Source: Nymphaea colorata
Lineage: Eukaryota
DNA: 64,000 nucleotides
Assembly (NCBI RefSeq): GCF_008831285.2
Contig: NC_045138.2
Span: forward strand, 806,001-870,000
Direction: 5' to 3'
Part shown: in pieces, positions 28,067 to 41,200 of the stretch
Position numbering within the stretch: position 1 is the first letter of the stretch
Layout: each line of letters begins with the position of its first letter
Notes under the pieces: generated by a model
What the model was told of the DNA's origin: nothing
The model's database searches: none
What the model saw: the letters and a program-made list of their open reading frames with translations, nothing else
Translations under genes and position numbers: made by a program

Positions 28067-28869
28067 TCCATACCCAATTGGCCTTTTTACTCTCGGATTC
28101 TAGCTTCGAGAGACGCCTGGTCGGATTCTGATGTATTGGATCAAACATCAATTGCAGATCAGACCAGGTTTCACTATGGCTTTAAGATTGCAAATTCGAT
28201 ACGACGTGACTCTCTGACTCAAATCCAAATCTATGTTCAAATCCAAGCATGTAACTACAACTAGCAGACTTGGACATCCCTTGTCACATGCAATAAGTTA
28301 TCTCATTTATGTAAAGGAACTCGATATTTAAAAGATAGAAGTGCAAAACTATATGAACGAATGACAAAATGTTATCAAAAGAACACAATATGTTCAAATG
28401 ATTTTACAATGTTTATGATAATTTAACTATTCATTACTTTAGCAATCATCATATGTTTGATGTATGTTCAAGTCTATGGGCATTACAAATCCCCAAAGGG
28501 ATTGGTGCAATAGATGAGACATTAAGGATTGATAGGCACTCTTAGTTATGACTCTTTGTCCTACAAAAATGAAAGTCACTAATGCATAAGTTAAAGCATG
28601 GAGATGACAGGCTTCTGCTTTAGCTTGAGCGGTAAGATTAAACTATGTTATTGCCCGACAAGACTGTGTATGGTTAAAGAGAGTTATTTTTTTTACCTTT
28701 TACATTTTTTTAATGTCAAATAATTTTTTTTATTTTTTATTTTTTATTTGTTGCAAATTTACTTATCTTTTGTGTCTATTAGTTTCTAGTTTTTTTTTTC
28801 ATTTTTTTAGTTTTAAAAAATTTAAAAATTTACTATATTTTTTCTATTTTTTTCAAGGTTACGGTATTA

Positions 28870-29400
28870 TACATGAAAAAATTCACTTTTCTGCATCGGC
28901 CGAGAAGTTGCCCAATCACCATGCCCTCTTCCTTAGAACTATCTCTAGTTCTTCCTCTGAATCCACCCTCACGAGAAATACACCTTTCCCCAGGAATGCA
29001 AATCTTGGGGTGGCTATCTCCCTCCGCAGAGATCGCAATGCAGTTACTGTGTAGCTGAAATCCATGCTTCTCTTCTGCGAGTCTCCAATGAAACAAGCAA
29101 TAGCTGTAAATCGGAAAGGGCGTTCTAATCTCTCCATAGTCGCCTCAGGAACTTTCACTCTGGGTTTGCCATCGCCAATCTCATCTTCCTCTCGATGATT
29201 GCCACTGCAGAGCTCCTGCCCAAGATCTCATCTTCCTCCATGGTTATTGAATCTCTGAAACACGGTTTTGGGGTGTGATCCAACTGCCGTCCACCGTCCA
29301 CTGTCAGTATCAACCTTGTTTTTCTTGAAGCTGAATTCCTCCTCTCATCTCAAGACTTTATCTTCTTCCTTTCTAAAACCACTCGTTGGTTGCAGGATTT
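28870..29400 (-). mobile_element. Truncated, disrupted LINE (L1-type) ORF1 fragment, DUF4283-like
   Basis: The - strand ORF 28916-29158 reads ...FAFLGKGVFLVRVDSEEELEIVLRKRAW, with MVIGQLL in an adjacent frame. This resembles the G.G.FLVRF.S.ED...VL..GPW.I....L pattern of plant LINE ORF1 N-termini. Frameshifted and cut off by an AT-rich repeat. Confidence 0.7.
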
Positions 29401-29443
29401 GCCTGCTTATTTTTCACTTCGTATATAATAAATATTACGCCTC

Positions 29444-29614
29444 AAGGAGCATAGCGTAGCTAATCGAGTTAGGGGTCTGTATAAAAACAGGTCTCTAGTT
29501 CGATTTTCGTGGACACTATGTTCATGTGGGCGCGACATCAAAGTTGACAGGTGTACCGTTGTTATCGCTGACACCGACGCAGTTCATTCACTCACCCATC
29601 TAATAAATAATTAC
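29444..29614 (+). mobile_element. Possible degenerate tRNA-derived SINE
   Basis: A-box-like TAGCGTAGCTA (29452) and B-box-like AGTTCGATTTT (29497) start 45 bp apart. AT-rich tail. No cloverleaf. Confidence 0.3.
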
Positions 29615-30173
29615 AAGCACGAGCCCCAACCGACATCTATCTCACTCGTAGCTGGGCTTTGCATATAAAATTGAATAAAAGGCATACAATTATTAAAGAG
29701 AAAACAATGAATGTCTTGGGAAGCTGGAGGGGTCAAATATTTTAAAACCAAAATATTTAATGTGGCCTATCAAAGGTCAGCTGTTGTTCTACTGTTGGCG
29801 AATAAATGGAACTGAGTTCTTTTTGTTACTATTTTTTTTTGTTCTTTTTCAGGTGATCGGGGAGTTAATGAAACTAGCCGTCCGAAACGTTTCCTGTGAG
29901 GCCGTTTGGAAATATAAAGATTATGTTACGGTCTCGTGCAATTAACCCCAAAATTGATCAGATCCAACAGGCACGTTAAAAAAAATTGTTCCTGCTTGAA
30001 TTTTTGAGACAGAGAGATACACAAAACAGTGACATAATGTTGCTATTTCCAAACAGCCTTTGTGTGATCTTGTGTTGAAACCATCCTGGATTTGCAATAA
30101 CGCAAAGGGAGAGAGTGGGAAAGCTGGGTGGTATACAATTTTACGATCCACGCCAATGTCATATCATCATATT

Positions 30174-30362
30174 CAGGGGCAAAGTCATAATTTTTTCATG
30201 AAGGGGGCAAATTAAAGTTTTAAATTTTTTACATACGATAAAATAACATTTTCCAAAATTTTTATATAAGAGCAAGTAAAATTTTCTAAAATTTACATGT
30301 AAATTAAAAAAAAAAAGAGGTGGGGGCAAGGCCCATGCGAGCCCCCCTTGGCTCCACCCCTG
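30174..30362. mobile_element. hAT-type MITE, 189 bp
   Basis: TIRs CAGGGGC.. / ..CACCCCTG with a perfect 8-bp TSD ATCATATT (30166-30173 and 30363-30370). Confidence 0.85.
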
Positions 30363-31907
30363 ATCATATTTGAAATATTAAGTGCAACTTTAAAGGGTTT
30401 CGCAAAGATTGAGTTAGATTTATAGAACATGATTCAATATCTTATGAATCTATTCAATTTTTAGCACATATTTATGGAATAACAATGCAGTGCTTGCATT
30501 CATACCAAGCTGTCTATTGTTTAATATTTTCGATCAAATGACTGTATGGAAAAAAAATAAAGCTTCTTAATAAATCACGTTATCTAATTGCATATAAATA
30601 TCATGATATCAAATAAACTGTGGTCACAAAAATAGACCAGGACTTAATGTTTCTAAAATTAAGTGTTTTTTATAATCTAACGGAACGGTGTTGAGAAAAA
30701 CTCCCACTTTCAACTTAGGATGTACAATCGTCGAGCCAACTCAACTTAATTTAAAACTCGACTAATAAGTGGGCCGACTTTGGATTACATGAACTGGGCT
30801 CCTTTAAACTCAACTTGGTTTCCTTTTAAATGAGTCGAGCTCGAGCTCGAGCTCGAACTGGTTTTACCAAAAATACCAAAAGTGGTGCACAAATCTTTTC
30901 TGACACCCGCATAATATTTATTGGGCAATATTTATCTTTTTTAATTCCCAAAAAAGTATTATATCTAAAACCGGCGAATATTTATCTTTTTTTTTTTAAC
31001 CAAATAACAAATCAAATGTAAGCACATCCCAAAATATTTGTAACGAACATCTCCTTTTGTTATTAATAGTAAAAAAAAAGTCGAATTTTATTTTTTTGTT
31101 TTAATTTTATGTATAACTGAAAAAACATATAAATTAATTAAAAATTATAAAAAATCTGATAAGCTATATCTGCGATTAAATTACGCATAAACATAAATCT
31201 ATATAGGGACACTTTTCACTGGGATTTAGAATGAGTTCAAGATTCTTTCTACACTATTGTATTAGCTACGCTTTATGGTGCATCATAACAATTTATAGTA
31301 ATTTTAGTTATCAACTTTATATTTTAATTTATAGTAATTTTAGTTATCAACTTTATATTTTAGCCATCTGACAACTACCCAATACATCACAATTGTCAAT
31401 AATTTATTGATAACATTATATATATATACATAAGCGAATTACAAATCAACACTAAATGATGAAAATATCTATTAGCTAATTGATTTTTCACTTAACCGTT
31501 ACTAAACAGTTTTGATTCCATAGCTGAGTAAGTGTAAAAAATTATTGTTCCAATTGAATTTTCATATTCATATACATATATATATATATATATAAACTGA
31601 ATTTTCTATAAACCATTTGTCCATCCGGCACATATCATCATACAGGCGAGTCGATCAGCTAATTTTCCTTTTAAGTATTTTTTATATTTTGAATTTCCCA
31701 TATTTTTATCATAATTTTATGGCAATCAGTTTCTCGGTCCATGACCACTGTGGCCCATGTTGTTACCCGGACCGTCTCTCGAGTCTCAAGCGTACAACCG
31801 AGTCAAAGTGCTGGTTCGAGTGTTAGAGGGCAAGTAAACTCGGATTACCGATTCGTATCGGGAAAATCCAACGGACTGGACGGCGCCAGAGTGACATCAA
31901 GACCGAG

Positions 31908-31932
31908 ACGTGTCGCTTCATCTTCATATAAA
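31908..31932 (+). promoter_or_regulatory. Putative core promoter of the CHD gene: ABRE-type ACGTGTC and TATAAA
   Basis: ACGTGTC at 31908-31914 and TATAAA at 31927-31932, at the start of a GC-rich island that contains exon 1. Confidence 0.5.
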
Positions 31933-32206
31933 TGCGAAGCCGCGCGCGCCAAAAAAACGAAACTCGAACGTCCCGCCCTTTCTCTCTCTGCGCGAGTCGT
32001 CGTGGAGGAAACGGTCGAGATTCCGGCGAGGCGTCGGACTTCGATGCCGCCTCTGCCAGCGTACTGACCTCTCCGGCGTCGTTTGACGGAGTTCTGGCTT
32101 CGTCTGACTTGCGATCGGCGGGCGCCTCCTCGGTGGTTCTTGAGGCGGAAGCGGGGACCGTTGGGCAATCGGCTTTCGAGGAAGGAACGAGCCGGCGAGC
32201 GTGTTC

Positions 32207-35200
32207 ATGGATCGCAGGGACTGGGAGGGACGCCTCAGAACGAGGAAGCGCAAGGACGAAGACGACGTTGGTAAACCGTCTTCCTTTCTACCGTCGTCTC
32301 CCGTTCCAGCTCATTTCGCTCTTGTTGCTTGTATTGTTGGTCGGTGATTTCTTATGGAGTGTTTGGTTAGGAGAACTCGGCATGTTTTGTATTTCTTTTT
32401 GTTTCTTCGTTTTTCGTGTGAAGTCGTGCGCTTCGACCCGGATCTGCTATTACAGAGCTTGAAAGAGACGGAGTTGAGTCTCCTCGACTTAAGATTCCTG
32501 GACTTGGGGTTAAGGGGCATAATGTCGTAGCAGACGACGTAAATTTGCTCGTGGTGGTGCCGCATGCTGCCCGGAAATCAGTTGTTCTGAAGAACATCGA
32601 TTATGATGCTTGGATGCGTCGGATTCGGAGGTCTTTGCTTCTGAGGGCTGCGACCCGTTGTGGCGATGTTGGGGACTCCCGTGCTATGATGGTGTAAAGA
32701 AATCTGAATACTAAATTAAAATACATACTAAAACTTCGAGGAATCCGAGCGCTTTGGTTTTGTTTCACAGAAATTTGTTTGTATTATTGCCTGTTCAACA
32801 GTTGCAGTTTGATGTTTCCACCCTGCGTCAAGTTCTCTGTGTACTTATTTGTTTCTGGTTGTTATTGCTTGGATAACAATGACAACTGTTGGAATTTTTC
32901 ATTGCTCAGCCATACAAAGTAGTGAGCAATCGAAACAGCCGCCGGTAAAACTTTCAGACCGGATCATACATAAATTGGCATCTCCTATTTCCTGTCGGGA
33001 ACCAGAAGGTGCTCCCTTGGTTCGAAGATCCACAAGGCTTCGTGCACAGGTGGATGGTAAGCCTTTGAAAAAGTTCGATTACCATAAGGTAAACTTATCA
33101 TGTCAACGAATTTACCTCTTATTTGAAGTTGTGGGTCCGCTAACTTCCGACTTCCATGTTGCAATAGCAGCCGAAGCCTTCAAAACCATCTCATTTGGAG
33201 GAGGATGCATCTCCTAGCTCTATTTCAGCTTCAGATAATTCAAATTATTCGGAGTCTGGTCAGGATGAATTTTCTCAGGACTTTGATCTTGAAGCGGCAG
33301 CTGCTACTGGTCCAGCTTTCCCCAAAAGGAGGCAGAGTGAAAGATTAAAAAATCGTGGTGCTACAGACTATAGTGCAACAGGAACAACTGCAGTAGGAGT
33401 CCCGGGTACGTCAAAAAGTTCTGGAACTTGTAATGTGGATGTTTAGGGAGTTCTGTTAGTTGCAAATGGTTCTTAATGTGCACCAGGGATCACTGGGGAT
33501 TCTTATGTGGAGCAACCTGGTAAAACAGAAGATTCTACTTTGTTTTGAATTTTGCCTTATGTAAATTAGAAACTGTTGCCAGTATGATGTGGTTGTGTTT
33601 TTTGGTGTTCACTATTTTCCTTCCATTTTTTTATTTTACCTGGGATTTCTTTTGTCGTTAACTTGTTTTATTCAATTGGCCCATCGACATCTGACCTATG
33701 ACAATGAGTTGAACATAGTTTTTCCTCGAGCTCATTATTCTTGTTTTCTTTTTCGTTTCAATACCTGTCTGGTGATTATTTCTTCTTCATGTTTTCTAAC
33801 TTGTGTTGTTCCTGGTTTTGTGCCTTCATGTTTGCCTCGATTTACACGTGGAACATTTTCTTGAACCAGATTCTAATGCAAGCTTTAACGAGTCTCCTCA
33901 TGAGCCAGAAGATGACGAGCTATGCTGTTTCACCTGTCAGGTTTACTGTTTTCGTGCTTCTGTAGTCTGTACATGTTTGCACATGCATTGTCATGTGCAT
34001 TTGCTGTCATATCAGTTATCAATATGTTATTTAGAGATTTTTTTTTGCAGTTAACAATGTTCTCTTGTGTGTTGTATAGTCAGGGCTTGCTGCAAATTTG
34101 TTGCTTTTATGTGATGGTGATGGCTGTGATCTTGCTGTCCATACATTTTGTCTTGTTCCTCCCATGCAAGATGTCCCTGAAGGTTCCTGGCTTTGCCCTA
34201 ATTGCGAAGAAAATCCTTCACTCACTGAGGACTTCAAAGAGCAGCATAAATTTGCAAAGAAGCCAGTTCAATCAGTTGTTGGTCGGAGATGGGTTTGTAT
34301 AGGGGGTGACAAAAATGCGATGCAAGAGCAGTGTTTAATGAAGTGGCATTCACTGTCTCATCATCTTGATACTTGGGTATGTGATGGGATCTTTCTTTGA
34401 TTGGATTCCTATTTTTAGTTTTCAAATTAAAATGCCAAAGCTAATGATAGCTACCTTTCTCCTGCTTGATGAGATTATAAATTAAAATATAAAATGTATG
34501 CACTAAAATGTTTGTGGGTGTTGTCACACGTGAGACACATATTTCTTTTTTTCTTAACATAGGTGCAAATCAAATTTATATAGAACATAAACTTTGCTAT
34601 GCACATAATATAGACAAAAGTGGGGTACAAGCTTCTTGTTGGACCTGAAAGCTCCTACCCTTGCACAAGCTCTATACAAAGAGGCCTACCAGACTGAAGC
34701 ATGCCCTAAGTGAAAAATTGCATCTGCAAACGTTTTTTCTACCTTTTTTAGGCTTAAAAGAGTAACAAAACTGTCAGCCTTAGCTAAGTGTAGCATGAAA
34801 TTTAGCATGGAACTTGGACATATGCATGCTTTAACATAACCTTAGCCAAAATGTGACATCAGATTACTTCATCATAATCATTATTGACTTAGTCATTAGT
34901 CATTACATATCACATTTGAGTATGGTCATAACTTACACTCGAGTGGTACATAAACAATGTCACCCAACAACTACCTCTTATTGCATCTTACGTGACCTGT
35001 ATGCTTACAGACAAATCGACTTAAACTCAAACATGACATACTAGGACAAGGTCATTAAAATTGCATAACCATCACATAGGTTGAGCCTAACTTATCATAA
35101 ATCATATTTTCATAGATACATTTTTATAACACATTTGATCGATCATTTTATCTTTTCATGCACCATGTGCAGGTGCAAGATAAAGATCACAAACCATCAC

Positions 35201-38200
35201 TATAAGGTATGCATACCAGATGAAATCCTATATAATGTCATCATAGCAAAGTTTGGATGCTTCTAGTTACACTTACAACCATCAACATCACTTTGGAATG
35301 ACTGACTTGGCCTCCTCAATACCCTAGTTTGAGTTATTGAAGGGGCACATAACCCTTTTTGGAAGCAAACCTCGACAATGTGAAGGATTGTATGATTTCC
35401 TACGTTTTGGCCTTGGCGGTTTTGTATTGGGCTGTGTGAGGCACCAATCTTGTAAGTGGACCGAGCTTCCTTGAAGGCAAGATGGTGCCTCACATAGCCC
35501 AACACAAACCACCAAGGTCAAAACATAGGCATTCATACAATCCTTGATATTGTTGAGGTTTTCTTCAACTGCAAGCCAACTCACTTGTCAAATAGATTTC
35601 ATTGAGCTATTACTTGAACATTTGGCTAGCCATTGTAGTTGGGCATCCAAGACTTGGCAACATTGTTGAGTGATTGTATAAGATCACAATTGTGTTGACA
35701 TTGAAGTAGTCTTGCTGGGCTGCATGTAGCAACTTGAACCATTCAAATTGGGAAGTTCCATTTTTTATGTCCACAAGTTAATTTTGTGCCTGTTGGGCCA
35801 TAATTGTTCACCTAGACTGGTGTTGTCATGAAACAGTTTGACACATCATAGGTTACTATAGATGCAAAAATGAGTTAATCTAGCTAGCCTCTTAAACTGT
35901 GAGCAATCTCTACTGACTCAAGTTTCTCCTTGGTGTCAATACTTAGAACTGGTTAAAACTATCTACCATGAGATGGGTGCTGTCTTTTTGTCTACCTTAT
36001 GCTGTCATGTTTGGTTTCTAGTCTGTACATGACTACCAGTAATATCCTGCTTAAGACATATTTAATGACTTATCACTTGCTGGGAATGCCTGCCTGCATC
36101 TATGTAATAGGTCTCCATAAGATCACAATTGTGTTGACATTGCTGCTAATGTAAATATTGTTATCATTATGAATTTATGATGATCAGTTTTTGGCCCATT
36201 TTGTAAAATGAGATGGTGAAAAATAAGATGTACGATTTTTTAATGGGACCAAGAAAATAAAAACATTAGACTTGATTGTTGTCCATGACTTATAATCCAA
36301 TTTAAAATCCGTTGAGTTGGGAGTCAGTGGTTAGACTAATTCGTATTTGGTTCTTGTAAATTTCTATGAAGCTATGTTTTTTTTCTCTTTCTTTGTGAAG
36401 ATGGAATTATGGATGTTTTGCACTGTTTCAGGCATATGATACTATTTTTTTAAAGTTCAATTTATGCCCATTTGCCTTTCTTTGATATTTTGATTTATGT
36501 GTGACTGTTGTTTGTTTGTTATTTGTTCTAGATACCTGTAGAATGGCTCTACCAACAAGACCGTGTTCGATTTCACAACTTCCGACGAATGTTCCCGTGA
36601 GTAATGTTTTTGGAATGTTATTTCTTTTAATCATTTTCTACTTAACTTTGTTTATTCCTTTACCTTCCCCCTACTTCATCGCTGTGTTTATACATTTTCT
36701 TGCATGTACAGACTTCCGATGGTCTCTTTTGTTTGAATTTTATCCCATTAAGATTGTCATTTTTGTTCTTTTGCTTGACCATTTGAAATATATGTTTTTC
36801 TTTGTATTACTCAATCTTTGCTGTATTTTACATATATGTATTTATGTCATGGAACTGAACCCTGACTGTGTCTATTCTGGTGTTAAATAGACAGCTAATC
36901 AGAGCCATCTGATCTTATGAACGGAGAGAGTTGGGAGGGAGGAGGGGAAAAATTACAGCTGCTCGATCTTAATTCTTAAGATTGGACGGCTCTGATTAGC
37001 TGTCTATTTGACATCAAAATAGACAAAGTTAGGGTTTAGTTTCTCTTTATATCATACATACATACATATCATAGTCACAAAAAGACACGTTTTTTTCTCA
37101 AAAAAGCGCAAAAAAAAGTGATTAATAAAACAACCCTTTTAAAACTTAAAAAAAAATGCTGTTCCCATGAAAAATATGTTAAAACGAAAAGAGCCAAAAA
37201 ATGCATTTTTCACATTTTTTTTCCTTTTATTCTTTTTTTTTTTCATGTTTTTTTAATGCCAAACTGTTTTTCATTTTCTAATTTTTATTTGTTGCAAATC
37301 TACTTATTTTTTTGATGTTTGTGTTATTAGTTTGCCACTTATTTTATTTTCCCTCATTTTAATTTTTTTAATTGTTTTCCGTATTTTTACCGCATTATTT
37401 TTATTTGTTGCAAATCTACTTATTTTTTTGATGTTTGTGTTATTAGTTTGCCACTTATTTTATTTTCCCTCATTTTAATTTTTTTAATTGTTTTCCGTAT
37501 TTTTACCGCATTTTTTCCTTTTCTTTTATGCTCACTGTGTTATACCCGAGAAAAAGCTCACCGTTTAAAGCATGAGAGTTTTTTGTGGCTATGATACATA
37601 CATACATGCATGCATGTCTTTTGACCAGTGTTGTTAGGGTATCACAGATATTGCAAGATTTTCAAAAATATTGCAATATCAATATATATGAGAAAAATAA
37701 TTAATAAAACAAAAATATTGGAAAAATCTTGTGATATTTTGAAAATCTCAACAAAAATGAATACCTACAAATCTACTTATTTTTTTTAATGCCAAACTGT
37801 TTTTTCATTTTCTAATTTTTATTTTTTGCAAATCTACTTATTTTTTTGATGTTTGTATTATTAGTTTGCCAATTGTTTTATTTTCCCTCATTTTAATTTT
37901 TTTAATTGTTTTCCATATTTTTACCACATTTTTTCCTTTTTTTTTATGCTCACTGTGTTATATCCCAGAAAAGCCTCACCCGTTTAAAACACGAGAAAGT
38001 TTTTTGTGGCTATGGATTACATACATACATGCATGCATGTCTTTTGACCAGTGTTGTTAGGGTATCATAGATATTGCAAGATTTTCGAAAATATTGAAAT
38101 ATCAATATGTATGAGAAAAACAATTAATAAAACAGAAATATTGGAAAAATCTTGTGATTTTGGAGACTTATTTATCTCAGCAGCCTTTTTTGAAATTTAT

Positions 38201-41200
38201 TTTTCATCAACCATTTTGGAGATCTTTTTCCTTTTATTTGCCAGAATGAGTTTTTCCTTTTCCTTTTCCCTTCTTTCAAGTGGTTTTGATATGGACTTTT
38301 GTTTATTCTTTTGCTCTGTGCTTGTTTAAGGGTCTTTCCAGACTTGATCAGTTCATTATTTCGCACTGTTCTTTTGTGCTAGATGGTATTCTTATTTTAT
38401 TCTAAATTTCTAATATACTTTCATTGCTTTCAGAAAAGATGCAGATACCTTGACCACCACGGATTTGAGAAAACCTGAATGGTTCAAAATTGACAGAGTT
38501 ATTGCATGCCGCAAGAAGTCACATTCCAAAGAAGTTTGTGATATTGTTAATCTATGTCATTGGAGTCAACAAGATGGTCAATATGAATATCTTGTGAAAT
38601 GGAAGGGCCTTGAATACAGTGATGCCACCTGGGAAACTTCTGGCACAGAGGAATTATTAGTTGAATTCAACAAACTTGTACAGAGGCACAGGAAAGCTAA
38701 TGAAATACATGATTCACATTGCGGAAAGCTTCAGAAGTTCCAGCTAACTGAACAGCCATATTACCTGACTGGTGGTATATTGTTTGAGTATCAAATTTTT
38801 GGAGTTAATTGGATCCTGAGCAATTTCCAGATCAGAAGGAATGTGATTCTTGCAGGTTCTTATGCTTTATGTTGTCTGCAATTTGTTGAGGATTTCATTT
38901 GCTATATTGGTTGGAACGTGGAACACACAAAAATGTTCTAGCTGTGATCATTAATATGGAATTTTGGTTACTTTAAAAAGGAGACAAGTCATGTTATAGT
39001 GCAGTTTCTGAGGGTTACTTTTTGCATTGAAAATGACTACCTTTTTATGGTTACACGGCTCTCTTTGTAGACTATTTGCAGTGCTAGTATCATTAACATT
39101 TCTGATCTTGCTTATTCCATTGTCAGTTATTTTCTTCTGTTTACACTGGAGCATAGATAATGGCTATAATTTTTGTGTAATTAATAATGAAAGTCATATA
39201 TACTTGTTAGCATTTGATCTGTTCAATATCATTCTTAGAAATTTCTCCTATGATCAAAATTTTGTTTTATACATTTATGCAACTATTGTTGCTGCCTTCC
39301 AAAGAATTGGTCCATTGGCTTATTGATCCTTTTATGATACTACAAGAACTAAATACTACGTTAGTTTTGGTGGGGAATAGACTGTTACAAATCAAGAAAC
39401 AGAAATCATTGTTGAATTTATCTTGGGGGAAGCAGGTATGAAGATATATGGTCCATCGGCAAAATGATAGTGACTGGGAAAAAGAAATCGTGGAGGAAGG
39501 CTTTGTCTAGAAAGAACAAGTTCCAAGATGAAAATGTGATTGGAGGTGGCAAGTAGAATTGTTAAAAGAGACTTGAACATAAGGTTGTTTGAGCCGTTTA
39601 TTACTGAATGGAACGTGCGGTGGATGTACCAGTCATTGGGAAATAATTTTTCCTTACTTTTTCTTCTTGTTCCTATGTTTTTTGATTTTCCATACTGTTT
39701 AGTATTAAAAATTAAAAATTAAAAATTATGATTTTTTGTGTTGTATTATGTTACATATCTGATTATTTACTTGACAGGTAGGGGATGTGCTAACACTTTT
39801 CCACATTGTTTCTGGATGCAAAAATATATTTATAAGACACTGATTTAACTTTGAGAATTAAAAAAGTTTTGTTAGCTTTACATCGGTTTGGAATTGCAAA
39901 ATATGATGTATTGGGTTTAGTAAGAATTCAAAGCCATTTTGTATCATAATGCACTTTTATGCATATAATGCGATTCTGAACCTCCCAATCAATACTTCTT
40001 GTCACCTTTTATGTGGGAATTGTTTATGTATTCCTGTTGTGGTTTTTGTCATTAAATTCTCTTTTATATGTTCAGATGAGATGGGATTGGGGAAAACCAT
40101 TCAAGTTATTTCATTTGTGTGCTGCATGAAGGAAGAGCATCTGAGCAACTACCCTGTTCTAATAATTGCTCCTAAAAGCACTCTTGCACACTGGGAAAAG
40201 GTCTGTCATATTTGAGCTTGTTCTTCTTTGTTAAGATTATACTTGTCACGCATTGCCTTGTTGGAACTTGGAACTATTTTAGTAGTAGAAAGACAACCTC
40301 ACCTAAGAAGAAGGTAGAAAAAATTAATTGTGTTTTCATTCAGCATAAGATATTTGTGTTCTTGTCGTGCTTTATGGTCATTCTGGTCAGATTGGGAGTG
40401 GGATATGGCAAAGAACAGAAATAATCCAGAAATTGAATTAATATAAAAATTGAAAAGCGAATTGGTAATGGCATAATTCCCAATTTGAAGTGAATACGAA
40501 GTAAGAAATATGAATTGGGGGGAAGAAAAGCTTTCTCTTACATGTGTGTCCAAATATTTTTGGGGTTATGTCATGCACTTTTAAAGGCAACAAAGCACAA
40601 TTAAGATAGAAAATGTGGGTGAATCCAATCATGTTGAGATGAATTTCTTAATCCAAACTTTAGGTGCTTATTTGAGACCATATTGTGCTTTGAAGTCTTT
40701 TATCTTGATCATGCTCTTTCTGGTCTATCATTTCCTCCAATCAATAAGGATGCATTCGTCATGCCTACCCAATAGAAGGCCATTGGCTGTCAACATCCAT
40801 ATCTGTTTGGTCTATTGGAGCGAAAGTGTCTGGTTATTGTTGTTGGATGGATTATCAATTGCAGTTTTTCACTACGAGTATCATCTTAGATCTCTGGATG
40901 TTGCAGCTTGACTCTACCTTAATCTTATTTTTAGAAAGGGAAAATAAGTTTGTTCCAATAAATATTGTGGATTGTCATTAATTTTCATTCTACCGAGCTA
41001 TTCTTCAATGGACTTCAGAAAATCTTGCTCCAAATATTTATCTTTTGAATTAACTACTAAGAGACATTGTTGCCACACCTTTATGCTAGACTTGCATATA
41101 TTCTTGAGAAGCTGCAGGTGTTTGTGAGAAGCTGCTGACTACTTGTTATCACTTTGGTTATGTATCCTGAGTTTACCCTTGCTGTTTGTATTCTATGCTA

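Noticed and set aside
31741..32462. ORFs of 108 and 176 aa upstream of and overlapping CHD exon 1
   Set aside because: GC-rich promoter/leader sequence. The 31932 ATG overlaps the TATA box, and its frame is phase 0 at the 32271 donor, which does not fit the phase-1 acceptor at 32910.
34800..36100. Possible retrotransposon fragment in the long CHD intron
   Set aside because: Short ORFs show no gag, RT or integrase motif, and I found no LTR or TSD.
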